DNA of 64,000 bases from Lama guanicoe. Its lineage: Eukaryota. The stretch is from the NCBI GenBank assembly GCA_013239625.1, contig MU055549.1, positions 6,885,693-6,949,692 of the forward strand, in the 5' to 3' direction. Each line of letters begins with the position of its first letter. Within the stretch, counting starts at the first letter, position 1. The notes under the pieces were generated by a model, which did not search any database, was not told the DNA's origin, and worked only from the letters and a program-made list of their open reading frames with translations. Both the position numbers and the translations under genes were made by a program. Shown piece after piece: positions 37,595 through 48,995 of the stretch.

Positions 37595-37815
37595 CTGCTG
37601 ACCGCCCGGCTGATCGCCTAACGAGCTGCAATTAGGGACTCCATCCAGGAGCAGGCGATTTGCATGTTTTCCAGCTAATAGGCCAAACACCCCTCCTCCC
37701 CTTGCAAGCCAATGACACCAGCCTGGTCGGTGGCCCCTCATTTTGATGAAGAGACTCGGCCACCATCATATCTTCCGAATTCTGATTTAATGGTGGCCGG
37801 AATGGCGGGCACAGC
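37595..37815. promoter_or_regulatory. Candidate intergenic enhancer between the two polyA sites
   Basis: Octamer ATTTGCAT 37658-37665, CAATTA, CTGATTTAAT 37782-37791, AATGGCGG, and a 10-bp inverted repeat. Confidence 0.45.
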
Positions 37816-38284
37816 CTGGGGACAGCACAGCCCCCGCTGGCCCTGGGCTCCTGTTCCAGGGAACTCAGGTTCCGGGTTTAGCTTTTAAATCTTCATCTGC
37901 CTTCATTTAATGGAAATCTTGTATGGAGGACTCAGGACTTCTCTTAGAAGGAGTCTTCCAAGATTTGTCAATGGCTTCTGCACTGAATTTGGGGAGGAAC
38001 AGAGCAATCAAGTTATCTGTTCTGCTGACTGATTCTGAAACCTGAAACCTGGGCTGTGAGTGAATTGGGGAAGCCGTGGCTCACCGCCCCGGCCTCAGGG
38101 CTGCTCCATGAGGGAAGGTCCACCTGGTCCCCACGGGTCCTCACTTTCCCCGCCTGTTAAACCAAGAGTTTGGGGCAGGCGAGATGTCTCAGGACCCTGG
38201 CCCCCGATGTTTAGAGGGTCAAGCACATGGCAGGATCAGGGACGGTGCCCCCTCCCACCCCCGTGCAGTCGAAGCCCAAGTCGT

Positions 38285-39046
38285 CGCTGGTCAGGGCAGA
38301 GTTTATTATCCGTTAGTGTCCCCCTGTGCACCCTGGGTGTGACACATTTGGAGTTAAGGCTCCAGAAAGTACTCTCTGCCTGCAACCTGGATTCTAGAGG
38401 TTACAATTCTTGCTCTGTAGGATGGTGGTCTTCAGAGTGCCCCTGAGGGCTGCTCCATTTTGCTCCACAGGTGACTTGGGATGAGAAGAGGGTGGCTGCA
38501 TCGGTAAGGGGTGCGTGGGGAATGCTGGGTGGCCACTCTGACAGCGGCTAGGGCCCAGGGCCGCTGGGCAGTCCCGGGGAGGCGGGTTCAGCTCTGGGCT
38601 GCGAGGACGGTGCACAGGAGGCCCCTGCTTTCTCCAAGCACCTCCCTAAAATGCCAGGACTGTCTGATAGGAGGCAGTGGGCAAACACCTGAGTCCAGTT
38701 AGGTGGAGCATTTAAAGGATCTGGTGGGAATGGAGAGTGAACAGGCTCAGGGATTCAACAGGTCTGCCCCACCTCCTGACTCCACCAGGGATGCACAGGC
38801 AGGGGACAGGCCATCAGGTGGGGATCAAACTCTGCCCAGGCAGCTGGGAGGTGTGACTGGGGGCGGGGGGGGGTTCTGCAGAGGGAAGCAGAAGAGGGGC
38901 TGGTGGCTCAGGCCCAGGAACAGGGCAGCCCCGAACTGCCTGGCTGGCCCCCTTCCACCTGCCTGTCCAGGGCAGGGGACAGGGCCTTGCGTGGTCTGGG
39001 CACAGGGAAGGGTGGCAGGAGGCTAGAGGCCCTCCCAGAAGGCCCG
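38285..39046 (-). other. LHPP: LHPP 3'UTR (~0.75 kb); end approximate
   Basis: Lies between TGA (39049-39047) and the first minus-strand AATAAA. Confidence 0.8.
38302..38307 (-). terminator. LHPP: LHPP polyadenylation signal AATAAA
   Basis: Plus-strand TTTATT at 38302-38307, about 740 nt past the stop codon. Confidence 0.8.
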
Positions 39047-39143
39047 TCACTTGTCTGTGTGCTGCAGCAGCAGGTCCACGGCCTCCGCGAGGTTGTCCAC
39101 GTACCCATCAGCCTTTACTTCTGGATGGTGCTCATCACTGGGC
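39047..39143 (-). CDS. LHPP: LHPP (phospholysine phosphohistidine inorganic pyrophosphate phosphatase, HAD family) terminal coding exon, 97 nt
   Basis: Minus strand cctgccctccag|G CCC AGT GAT... gives (R)PSDEHHPEVKADGYVDNLAEAVDLLLQHTDK*, recognised as the LHPP C-terminus. Branch-point-like TACTGAC at 39173-39167. Not reported by the ORF track. Confidence 0.96.
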
Positions 39144-40444
39144 CTGGAGGGCAGGACCACAGGTCAGTCAGTAAGCCCATGGTGACCCACCCGAAGCCGC
39201 TGTCTCCCAGCATCTAGCACAGGCCTGGCGTTGCCCTTGGGAAACTTCCAGGCCCCACAGTGCCCCGTCAGGCAGCCTGGCTTGTGGCCAATGGCTGTCC
39301 CACACCCCAGTCCCAGCCACCCCTACTTAGTCCCACACACCTCCCCCCTGACTGTTCCCTCCACCTGGACACCTCCCCTTCTGCTGGAAGCTTGCTCGGA
39401 GTCCCGTGGCAGAGTGACCACTGGCCCCTGCCCTGTCCGTGCCACCACACCCTTGACTCTGGATAGGGCTCTGAGCTCAATCCTGCTCTGAGCTTCCTGC
39501 CCAGCAGAGGAAGGCTCCTTGCAAAGCTACTCTCCGGCTGGGATTTGAGGGGCTAGAACCTTTCAAATCCCTCATCCATCCCTTCCAGGTAATTCCTGGG
39601 ATCTGGCTGGATGCTGAGAACAAAGAGAGTGAGGCCACATGATACATGCAGGTGCCTGTGAGGTGCATGCAGCACCAGGGGAACCCCGTGTGGGGGCTTC
39701 ATGGAGGAGGGGCTGTGGGCTGAGTCCTGAAGTTGAGCAGGGCTCCAGGTGGACTTGTGGGGGTGGGGAAAGGAGAACTGTAACGGGGCTCAGAGTGGGC
39801 TCCAGGGGACGTCCCTGAGTCCTGACAGTTGTGGGAGGAGCTGGGACCTCATCCCCAGGGCTGTGGGCAGCCTAGGGGGCTGTGAACCAGAGCGTGAGGT
39901 TCTGGTGACAGGAAGGGCCCTCCCCCCTGCTCACGGGCTGGAGCTTGGTGGGGGTGGGGACCGCCCCGTGCAACCTCGCACGCCGAGGGCCTACCCGCTT
40001 GGACCACCCCACGGTCTGGCCGAGCGCCTGGGGAAAGCCAGAGGCAGCAGCCCGGCCACCGCCACGGAGGCCCCGCCCTGGTCTGGAGGAGGCGGCTGGA
40101 GCTGGTTCTGACAATGTCCTAAAAGTCAAGTTGTCCCTTTTGAAGGGTTTGGCGTCTGTAGAGCACTTGACCCTAAAATGGCTGTCATGGGCACAGTCAC
40201 CTTTTCTTTCAGAGTTCTTAGCCTGGTGGCCTGGAGGCCACCTCCCCAGAGGCTGCTGAGGCGCAGGACCTGGGCAGGGCTGGAGGGGTGGGGAGGGAAG
40301 TGGATGCTCCTGGTGACTGAGGAGGGCCCACCTTTGGCTCTGCCCTGTCCCCCACCCCAGCCTGGGGAACCCCACTCGCTTGCCCACATCCCCGGGCCTT
40401 CACACGTCTCATCATTTTCTCCTTCCATCCTCGGGGAGGAGGCA

Positions 40445-40560
40445 GGTGCCCCTCTCCGACAGGTGAGAAAATGGGGGCCCAGAGAGGTTTAGGACTGCTT
40501 GAGGCCATGTGGCAGGGAGAGCAGAGCTGGGATCTGACCCGGTTCTTCTGACTCTGGGCC
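40445..40560 (-). mobile_element. MIR SINE
   Basis: acaggtgagaaaatgggggcccagagaggtt...gcagagctgggatctgacccgg. Confidence 0.6.
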
Positions 40561-41009
40561 ATTATTCTGGGTGTCAGAGCCTCCAGGAACACGCACAGCT
40601 GCTGGACATTCCCACCCCTCCAGGAAGGTCCCAGGTGGGTAGCGCCCACCCCAAGCAGAGGCCACGGACAGATGCCAGGGCCGGCGGACGTTGCTCCTCC
40701 CGCCTCCCTCATGTGGCCACCCTGCGGCTTGTGGATCAACATACAGACAGGCACCCCAGGGGGTGCATGACTCCCCCAAAGGTGGGGCCCCAAATGTGAG
40801 CCTTGGGGACAAGGGGACGAGTGGACAGGGACCCTCACCACCACCACCGGATCAGCTACTCTCTCGTGCCAGCGGAGGTGTTTTAAGGGATTATTATTTC
40901 GCTCTTGCCAGACCCAAACAATTTAGTGAACACAGGAATTTAAGATCTCTGTTATTCCCATGTTAGTGCTGAAATACACACTTGTTACTATCAAAAGGTT
41001 TCACATGGC

Positions 41010-41580
41010 ACACACTCTGGAAAGCCGTGTTGGTACCTACTTATGACCCACCAATTCCACTTCAAGTATACAGCACAACAAAAATGCATAGACGTGTTCA
41101 CCAAAACACAAGTACTAGACTGTTCCAAGCAGCTTCCGTCATAGTAGCAAAAAGGCAGAAACTGCACAAATGTCCATCAACAGGAGAATGGAAAAACAGA
41201 GGATGGGATGTGCACACGTCAGAATAGCCCAGGACACCACCACCCACAGTGAACTCCCCTCCACTCTGCAATGTCTGTCCGCCGTCACCCATAGACACCA
41301 TGACGGGCAGAAGAAGCCAGGCTCAAGGAACCCAAACTGGGCAGCCTGTTTGTATCAAGTTCGGGAACAGGTACAGCCAGTCTCCAGTGCCGAGGCCAGG
41401 AGATGGTTCCTTCCTGGGGGGATGGGATGGGGGTGCTGGCAGTGTTCTAGAACTTGACCGGGTGGTGGTTCCAGGGGTGGCACATGGGGGAAAATGCATC
41501 ATGCTGTTCATTTTAGTTCACTTTATATGCATATATAACATACTCTTGAGGTATATTATACCTCGAAAATTTAATGAAAA
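41010..41580 (+). mobile_element. L1ME-type fragment (ORF2 end to 3'UTR)
   Basis: tatgacccaccaattccacttc...caaatgtccatcaacaggagaatgg...tgttctagaacttga...ttcactttatatg. Confidence 0.75.
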
Positions 41581-41624
41581 AGTCACATTTAATCTCACAA
41601 ATACAGGGTGTCTATTTCCCATCA

Positions 41625-41812
41625 TTATGGCTATTTTCTATGGCCTTTGGGTCAAATCCTGCCAGCAGCCTGTTTTGGTACAGCCCTTGAGCTAAGAGTG
41701 GTTTTTATATTTTTAAAATTTTGTAAAAAGAAGAGAATGTGCAACAGAGACCACACGTGGCCCACAAGCCTCAACTAGATGCCCCTGGGGCCTCTGCTTG
41801 CAGACCCCTGGG
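41625..41812 (+). mobile_element. MER58-family hAT-Charlie element
   Basis: gcctgttttggtacagcccttgagctaagagtggtttttatatt...agagaccacacgtggcccacaagcct...gcagacccctg. Confidence 0.7.
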
Positions 41813-43094
41813 TCTGGCGGTCTGCCCGTCGTGGGCACTCCCTTTCCGTCCTCCCAGAGGTGGGCGCCCACGGCCCCCAGCCGCCCAGGGTCTCTGTGGA
41901 CAGCCCTTCCAGTGGGAGGGTCTCCCTTCTTGGGAACCCAGCACCCTCTGCCCAGGCCCTCCTGGTGTGCTGACACGCCCCCCCGGTACAGACCGAGAGG
42001 CTCGGAGGGGGTACCAGGTCACCGTGCAGCTGCTGCTTGGCCCCGACCCCCGATCCTTCTGGAGGTAGGGGATGGGGATTCTTCTCTCCATCTGAGATGG
42101 GGCTGGCCTGGCCGGGGCACAGCAAGGGAGGCCGGCAGGTGGGTGGGAGGGGCCCTCTGAGACAGAGAGTACCCAAACTGGCAGGAAGTCCTCCCCTGGC
42201 AAACCGTCCTTCTGCCTCAGTTTACTCATCTGTGCCCTGAGCATAAGCATGGCTCCATCCGTGACCCACCTGGTGACTCAGGCTGAGCACCGCCCAGCTC
42301 TGAGCCGCGGCGTCTCTCTCTGGATGGAGGCAGTAACAGGACACACACACGGGCTCCCGTGAGGAGTGCAGGAGACCCGCGAGGCTGAAGGGAGCAGGCC
42401 AGGGGTGGGCGTTCAGCACCGTGTTCGTGACCAGAGAGGACTCAGCAAGCTGTCGAGAGGGCGCTGTGAACCAGGCTGGGGCTGGAGGCTGGCTGTGACC
42501 CGGCCTTGGACCCTGCCCTGGGCCCATAGGCTGGCAGGGGGACTGACAGATACACATCAGCATTTGAGGTACAGGGAAGACAGAGTGATTCTGGCGTGTG
42601 TGTCGGGGTGTGGGTATGTGGAACCATAGGCTTTGGAGTAGGAGGGGCAGGGAGGCTGGGACCAGGACCCCAGAGGACATCCCAATGGCTGGAGTGCCCT
42701 TGGCCTGTCCTGCATCGCCCGTGATGCGCCCTTGCGGGCTTCCCTTAGCTGCTCCTGGGGCCAAAGGACAGCCCCGAGGCCCTGCTCACCAACATGGGGG
42801 GGTGCCCCAGTCCCCACTTACGAGGGGATGGTCGGGGGAGTGGGACGCCTTCAGGACATGCCTGCCCTGGTGCTGACACCCCTTGTCCCCACTCTGTGCC
42901 CCTCCTACCAGTTCCCATCAGATTCCTGGCTTTTCTCTCCAGGACAGTGAGGTCAGTGGCAGCTCAAAGCAGATCAGACTTCCACCAGCAAACACCCCCA
43001 CCCCGACTCGTCATCCAAGTTCCTGGGCAGTTGGTCCCAGGACCGTCCTCCTCGGACCTTCACTGGGCCCTCGGGACAGGTTTACTGTCCAGTC

Positions 43095-43340
43095 AAATGA
43101 ACTTGACCCTGAGACGGAACAAGAAATCTGCCCATAAAGGAAGATGCTTTGTAGCAAGATTCCAGGCGGCCACACTCGGCATACGGTACCGAGCTGAATG
43201 GGTACAGGACTAATTACGTTTAATTACAGATCATTTATATTCAAGAATCTATTCAAAGAAAGGATTGCGTTAGCAGCCGGCCGCTGTTTGCCAACACACA
43301 GAGGAAATCATGGACTTTTACGTCTTAATTACCTGATGCT
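43095..43340. promoter_or_regulatory. Candidate enhancer in the LHPP intron
   Basis: DR0 TGAACTTGACCC, CCATAAA, TAATTAC x3, TTCAAAG and TGTTTGC within about 240 bp of an AT-rich island. Confidence 0.5.
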
Positions 43341-43680
43341 GCCGTGGGCCGTGGCTCTCAGGGAGCTGCTACGTGGAGGGAACTTGTTCCGGGCCTGCCC
43401 ACCCTGAGGCCCCTGAGACAGCTCTGCTTGGCCTGACCGGGCAGGACAGACCCTGGGCAGCTGGGGGGCTTTAAGCGCCCATCCACGCTGGCCAGTGACT
43501 CACGACCCATGGGGCCTCAAAGATGTCACAGTACAAGGGCTGAAGAAACCCAGCAAAGATGTGCCCTTTGGCAGAGGGTGATGGACAAAGGGGCCGAGAG
43601 ACTCCCTCCCGGCCTTGAGCAGACCCTGCCTGGACAGAGCAGGATGAGCGGGGAAGGGGAGCAGAGGGCTTAGCTGGGCT

Positions 43681-43947
43681 GGGAGAGGGGAAGACAGAAG
43701 GATATGGACAGAGGAGGAGAGAGGAGGAGGGAGGAAAGGCAGAGACAGGAAGAAAGACAGGGGGGAGGAGGGGAGAGAGATGCAGGCAGAGGGGAGAAAA
43801 CAGAGCAACAGGAAAGAAGGTAGGAGAAAGTGGGGTGGAGAGACACGGAGGGAGGGGAAAGGAGAGAGGGATGGAGGGACCGAAGTGAGAGAGAAACAGA
43901 AAGGAGGAGACAGGGAGCACACAGAGGTGGGGGAGAGAGACAACAGT
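43681..43947. repeat. GA-rich purine tract (polypyrimidine on the LHPP strand)
   Basis: About 267 nt dominated by G/A, with no CT dinucleotide on +. Confidence 0.9.
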
Positions 43948-44639
43948 CTCCTGGGCAGAGAGTGGGCTGTGTCCCCGAGCAGGACCATGTGCGCCCGATT
44001 ACCCCTCCGCCCCACTGACTTAGGGGAGGCCCCCTTTCTCTGCACCCACAGGGCCCCCATGGGGCTGCCCATCCCCTGCCCCAGGCCCAGTCCAGGCCCA
44101 CACAGCGTGGGCTTTTTGCTTTGTCCCCCACAAGCTGTCTCCACCTCTGTGAGCCTCAGTTTCCTTATCGGTAAGGTGGCCATGTGGCCTGGCTCTCAGA
44201 ATGAAGCACTTGGCACTCTGCCTGCAGCTGGGGGCCCTGCAGCCAATGTGGGCATCAGCCTCCTGCCCTCTGCCCTTCCAGGCCTCACCGTCCAGACCCA
44301 CACAGACGTGACAGGGGCTGGGAAGGAAAGGAAAGGGCACAGGATCTAAGGGAGTTTACGGGAGGACATGTGGGGGTCAGGGAAGCTTCCAGAAAACGGG
44401 GCTTTAGGCTGGGATCCCCACACCCCCCACCCATCCATTTGAGCACAGCCCTCAGGTCTTTTCCTAAAGTTGGAGGCAGAGGCAGATTCCCTGGGCGGTT
44501 GTCCACTGAGGAGCAGCGGGTTCCTCTGCTCTCCTGGGCTCCTGTGTGTGGGTGGTGTCCGGGTATCTCGGGCTGAGTCTGAGTGGATTCTCCCTCTTTC
44601 CTCTGCAGCTTCCACCTCTCCTGTGTTAACTCTGCTGTG

Positions 44640-45077
44640 GCTCCCTATTGCCCACGTCACAGCCCAGCTCCCCAGCAGAGTGGATGAGTCTGTCCTAACT
44701 GGGTACCCTCCCAGCCACCCTGCATCCAGGGCCCCCCATTCTTCAGACATTCCATGCTCTCCCACACTCCTGTCTGTGCTGGAATGCATGATCACTAGGT
44801 TTTGCTCCACCTGCAGACTCCTACTCATCCTCCAAGGCCTCACCTACTTGTTCCCAACACCAACTCTATGCTCCACCTCACATGGCAAGTTGCTCTCTTT
44901 TCTGAGCACCCAGAAATTGACCCTTATCCCTTGAACCATCTGGCTGGGCAACTGAGGGTGCCCTACCGACCTGGCTGCCTAGAGAGAGGGGCCAGGCTTC
45001 CTGCCCCTGGCGGCTGCCCACACAGGCCTGGCCCAGAGCAGGCACCCAGGAAGTGTCCCCCATCGAGTGAATGAACA
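44640..45077 (+). mobile_element. L2 3' region
   Basis: actcctactcatcctccaaggcctca...cacaggcctggcccagagcaggcacccagg...gagtgaatgaa. Confidence 0.65.
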
Positions 45078-48000
45078 AAGGCCCCCACCCCGCAGGGCAC
45101 TGCCTATCATTAGTTATTCCGCCCCCTCACACCCCATGAGCCGAGGGAAGGACGGAATGGCAGAGGCAGAGAACAAGGCCAATCTCTGCGCTGGCCTGGA
45201 TGGCTTCACAGAGGCAGTCTTTGTACCAGTCCAAGGAAGGTGGCGGCCAGACACCCCAGCAAGGACTGTCTCCATGCCCACCTCCTCCCTTCTGGCTCCT
45301 CTGTCCAGGGGGACACAGGTGCAGCCTCTCCCTGAGAACTTTTCCGGGAGTCAGTGCCACCCACCTGCCACCTCTCCACCCTGGTCTGCTCCAGGACAGG
45401 GCTGGACAGAGGCTCCTGAGGCCGCAGGCCACAGCACTGCCTGCACAGGGAGGGGTATGCGTCCTTATCCTCATCTGCTTCGGAGCGGCCGGCCGCACCC
45501 CTGGTGGCTGAGGGCTGGGCACTGGGGGGCGGGCTGGCCAAGTGAATTCAGGGACCCGGGCACGGGCTTTAGGAGGATGACGCCACTGAGAATGAAGCCA
45601 ACTCCAGGCTGTGCTGACGAAGTCGGAGGAAAAGGACAGAGGGCTCCGATTCATGGGGCGGGAGGTGACGAGGCTGGACAAAGGACGCCTTTCCATCCGA
45701 GCCCCGGGAGTCCGAGACCCAGGGGCCTGCGTGGTCGTTTCTAAGATGGGCCACAGCCTGGCCTCCGGCGAATGCCAGGAGGATGCTGCCAGGGCTCTGC
45801 CTCCACCCGCCCTCGTCCCCGCTTTTCTGAAGGCTGATTATGGGATTCCTGCCACTAACCACGGCCCAAACATGAGGCCTATGACCCAGGGCTTCCTGCT
45901 GTCCACCTGCCAGCCCAGGACCCTTGCCGTCAAGAAACCAGCTTGCTGGGACCCAGAAGGGCTGCCAGTGCTGCCCGGTCTGCGCTGGCTGTCAGCAGGG
46001 GACCTCGTACTGGGGTGGCTGGAAGGGCGCAGTTGGCCATGGATCTCAGAGGCGGAGCAGGGTGGGTAGGGCAGGCCCAGACTCGGGCAGACACCACAGG
46101 CGCCTCCGGGAACCACTGGTCCTGCTGCTAACGGAGAAGCTTACGCAGGAGCCGCTTCCCCGTGGAACTCATGCCTCATCCTGCCAAGGTCCACTGAGCC
46201 CTGCGTCTCAAGGGGACTCTGACACGATCCCTGCTGGCAAGGGGGTCACCCTGGAGACAAAGTCCCAGGCCCTGTGCCATCCTGCCTGGAATGGTCCTCA
46301 GCTCCAGCCTCAGATCCCCGTCCTCGCTCAGAAACCTGTTCAGGCCCCCGTGTCTCCCACCACCCACCCTCGGTCACACCAGCCTAGGCCCAGCCTCTGC
46401 CTGACCCCTGGTACAGGCCAGCCTAGAGCCCCCGAGCCCCACCCAGGGACCCTGCAACCCAGGGCACGTCCTGCCACCGATGGCAGAGACCTGGCCTCCC
46501 CTGGCCCAACCAGCTCACACAGACGGGGCTTCGCAGGCTGCTTTAAAATCACATGGAGGGACAAATCCTGACATAAAAACCCAGGCCTAAGATAGTCCTC
46601 ACCTCAGGCACCTCTGAGGACTATGGCTCCTTGGCCAGGAAAGAGAGTGGGGACACAAAACAGTTCGGGTGGCCAAGACCTCCCCTGAGGTCAGAGCTCT
46701 GCGGGGGGAGGCGGCTTGCCCCAGAGCTCCCTTTCCTGGCAGGCGCCGGGGTCTCCCCCATCAGTCTGGCTGCTCATCTGTAACGGACAGGCGTGGGGAG
46801 AGGGAAGAGGTCAGCTTCCCCCAGAGCACCCCACCCCATGGAGTCTTTGTGCAAGTAAGAAGGCAGAGGTGGCCCCGCGTGACTTGCGGCCTGGTGGGCC
46901 AGGCCCCTCAGGGAACTAACAGTGGAGCTGGGCGCCTGACTTAGGGGTGGGGGCAGGGCATCATAGGTTGGCTGCCTCCCACTCCCTGTCTCCAGCCTCT
47001 GCTTGTTGGAGGATCTAAAGTTGGGGGAGGGTCCTGTGCCCATCATCTGGGAGACACGCCCTCCCTGCATGTGCATGTGTGGACAGGGGTGAGCCAGGTG
47101 CCACCCAGAGAGAGGGGAGGGTCACATCTGTGTTTCCCACTTTGCAGCCACGGCGGTCCCTACTGTCTCCTGCTGTCTGACCCTCATCTGGACGATGATG
47201 AGCTGGGGTAAGGGGCAGGGCTGGACTAACTAGACGGCCCTTTCCTTCAGGCAGGTGGTGCCCCAGAGCCCAGAACCCTACCCTGGCTGACCCATCCTCC
47301 AGTGGGGAAGGACCAGAAGTCTCTCCCAGCAGAAGGAGGTGCTGGGACCAGTCCCAGAGGCTCTGAGCCCTGGTGCAGAAACAGGCAGGGGAAGACCTGC
47401 CACAGACGAGAGCTCCCAGCCAGTCAGCAGGCAAGTCCTGGCATGTGGGCAAAGCTCACCTGGCTCACAGGTGCTGCACCACAGGGACATGGAGACAACG
47501 GGGCATCGGCTCCACAGCTGCAGTGGGCAGGCCTGGAGGAGCATTTCCCCTGTACCGTGCATGATGTCCCATGGTGGGCACCAGGAGGGGCCTGTTCCAG
47601 AGATGATGACACACATGCCAGGTGGGGACAAACTTGCCCGAAGTCACAGGCAGTACATGGCAGATCTGTGACTTAAATTCTGTGTGTCTGGGTTTAAATC
47701 CTGACTCATTTTAGTGATTCTTCCTTTGGTACATGGCACAGATTCTGCATCTGGGAATCAATGATTTGCTGGTCAACCTCCAGCCAGGCTGAGAGCCCTG
47801 TGGGTAGAGGTGCACCTCCTCTTTGGATCAGCTCCAGGGCAGAGGGGGGCCCTGGGAAATGTGTGCAGGCGTCAACTTACGCAATGGGGACAGCACGGTA
47901 CTTATGAAAAACTGACAAGGAGCATGAAAGAAATGGTACAGTTCACGCTGGCGCTGCACAGGGGGTCCCGAGAGCTACACAGCCTTCCCCGTGTCTAGAT

Positions 48001-48444
48001 GCCCGCCCTCCCCTGGGCAGAACCATGGAGATGCCAGAACCCTTTATCCAGGCCTCACAGTCATCAACACCCAGGGCCAGGCCTGTTGTAGGCAGAGGGC
48101 AGTGGGGGCCAGAGCCCAGTGGGGAGGGATTTACCGTGGACCCTGGCACCCACCCTGGGCCACTCTGTCCTCCAGGAGGAAACAGGCCTGTTTACAGCAT
48201 GCTTCAGCCTGGTGGAACCTGGTGGCAGCTTGTCACCCAGAACCGACCCCCACGCATCAGCTGTTTCCTGTGTGGTTCTTACTGCTCATCACCTGCAGGC
48301 ACCTGGAGGTGCTAAAACAAGTGGGTGGTGCCGCACGGCTGCCCAACGGCATGTTGGCGGGCTCCAGAGGCTCCCTCACACTGACAAACCCCCAACCCTG
48401 CCCTAGCTGTTGCCCAGTTCACAGGCACAGTGAGGCCAGAGTTG

Positions 48445-48685
48445 CACAGAAGCTGGAAATTTGGCTTCTTTTAAAAATCTAGAAGATTCAGTAACAATGG
48501 TCTGGAGTCTACAGGCAAAAATGAGTTGATACAGTGTGGCAGCTGCTCCCTTGAATGGGGCAAGTGGCTTCTAGTTTACCCCACTCCCCACGGTTCTTTA
48601 GTGTCTCCCTATTCTTAGACCAGTCCCGGTTCACTCCATTACATTTCCTGCCTGCCCCTGCAGGTCTCTGAATTTGCTGTCCTGC
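48445..48685 (-). mobile_element. MER102-like hAT-Charlie element
   Basis: ggcagctgctcccttgaatggggca...ttcactccattacatttcctgcctgcccctgcaggtctctgaatttg. Confidence 0.65.
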
Positions 48686-48719
48686 CCCAAAGCACTGGCT
48701 GTCTGGGACTCACGTCCCA

Positions 48720-48995
48720 AGGAACAAGTAACCTCCTCTAGGAAGCCTTTCCTGAAGCCCTTCCCCAAGGCCGCACCTCGGTTAGCTGGCTGTTCTGTGC
48801 TCCACGGCACCTGTGTTGACCCCATCAGAGCACCTGTCACTCTACTGCAGTTGTCTGGTTATAGGTGCAATGCTCCCTCCAGACTGGGAGCTCCCTGAGG
48901 TCAGGGGCATCCCTGCAGTGGCCTCATGCTCCCAGCATAAGACCTTGGCTCCTGGCAGAAACAGGAACAGTCAGCCAGCTGCCTGAGCAAATGAG
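48720..48995 (+). mobile_element. L2 3' fragment
   Basis: acctcctctaggaagcctttcctga...ctccagactgggagctccctgagg. Confidence 0.6.

Noticed and set aside
38903-39217. 104-aa plus-strand ORF over the LHPP exon
   Set aside because: Antisense shadow of the real LHPP exon.
43500-44349. Long Pro/Ser/Leu-rich or Glu/Arg/Gly-rich ORFs (150-227 aa) as standalone genes
   Set aside because: Produced by the GA low-complexity tract; only the spliced segment below 43678 is kept as a speculative exon.
45067-46571. ORFs of 189-225 aa
   Set aside because: No domain similarity recognised; the first starts in an L2 tail; expected by chance at this GC content.
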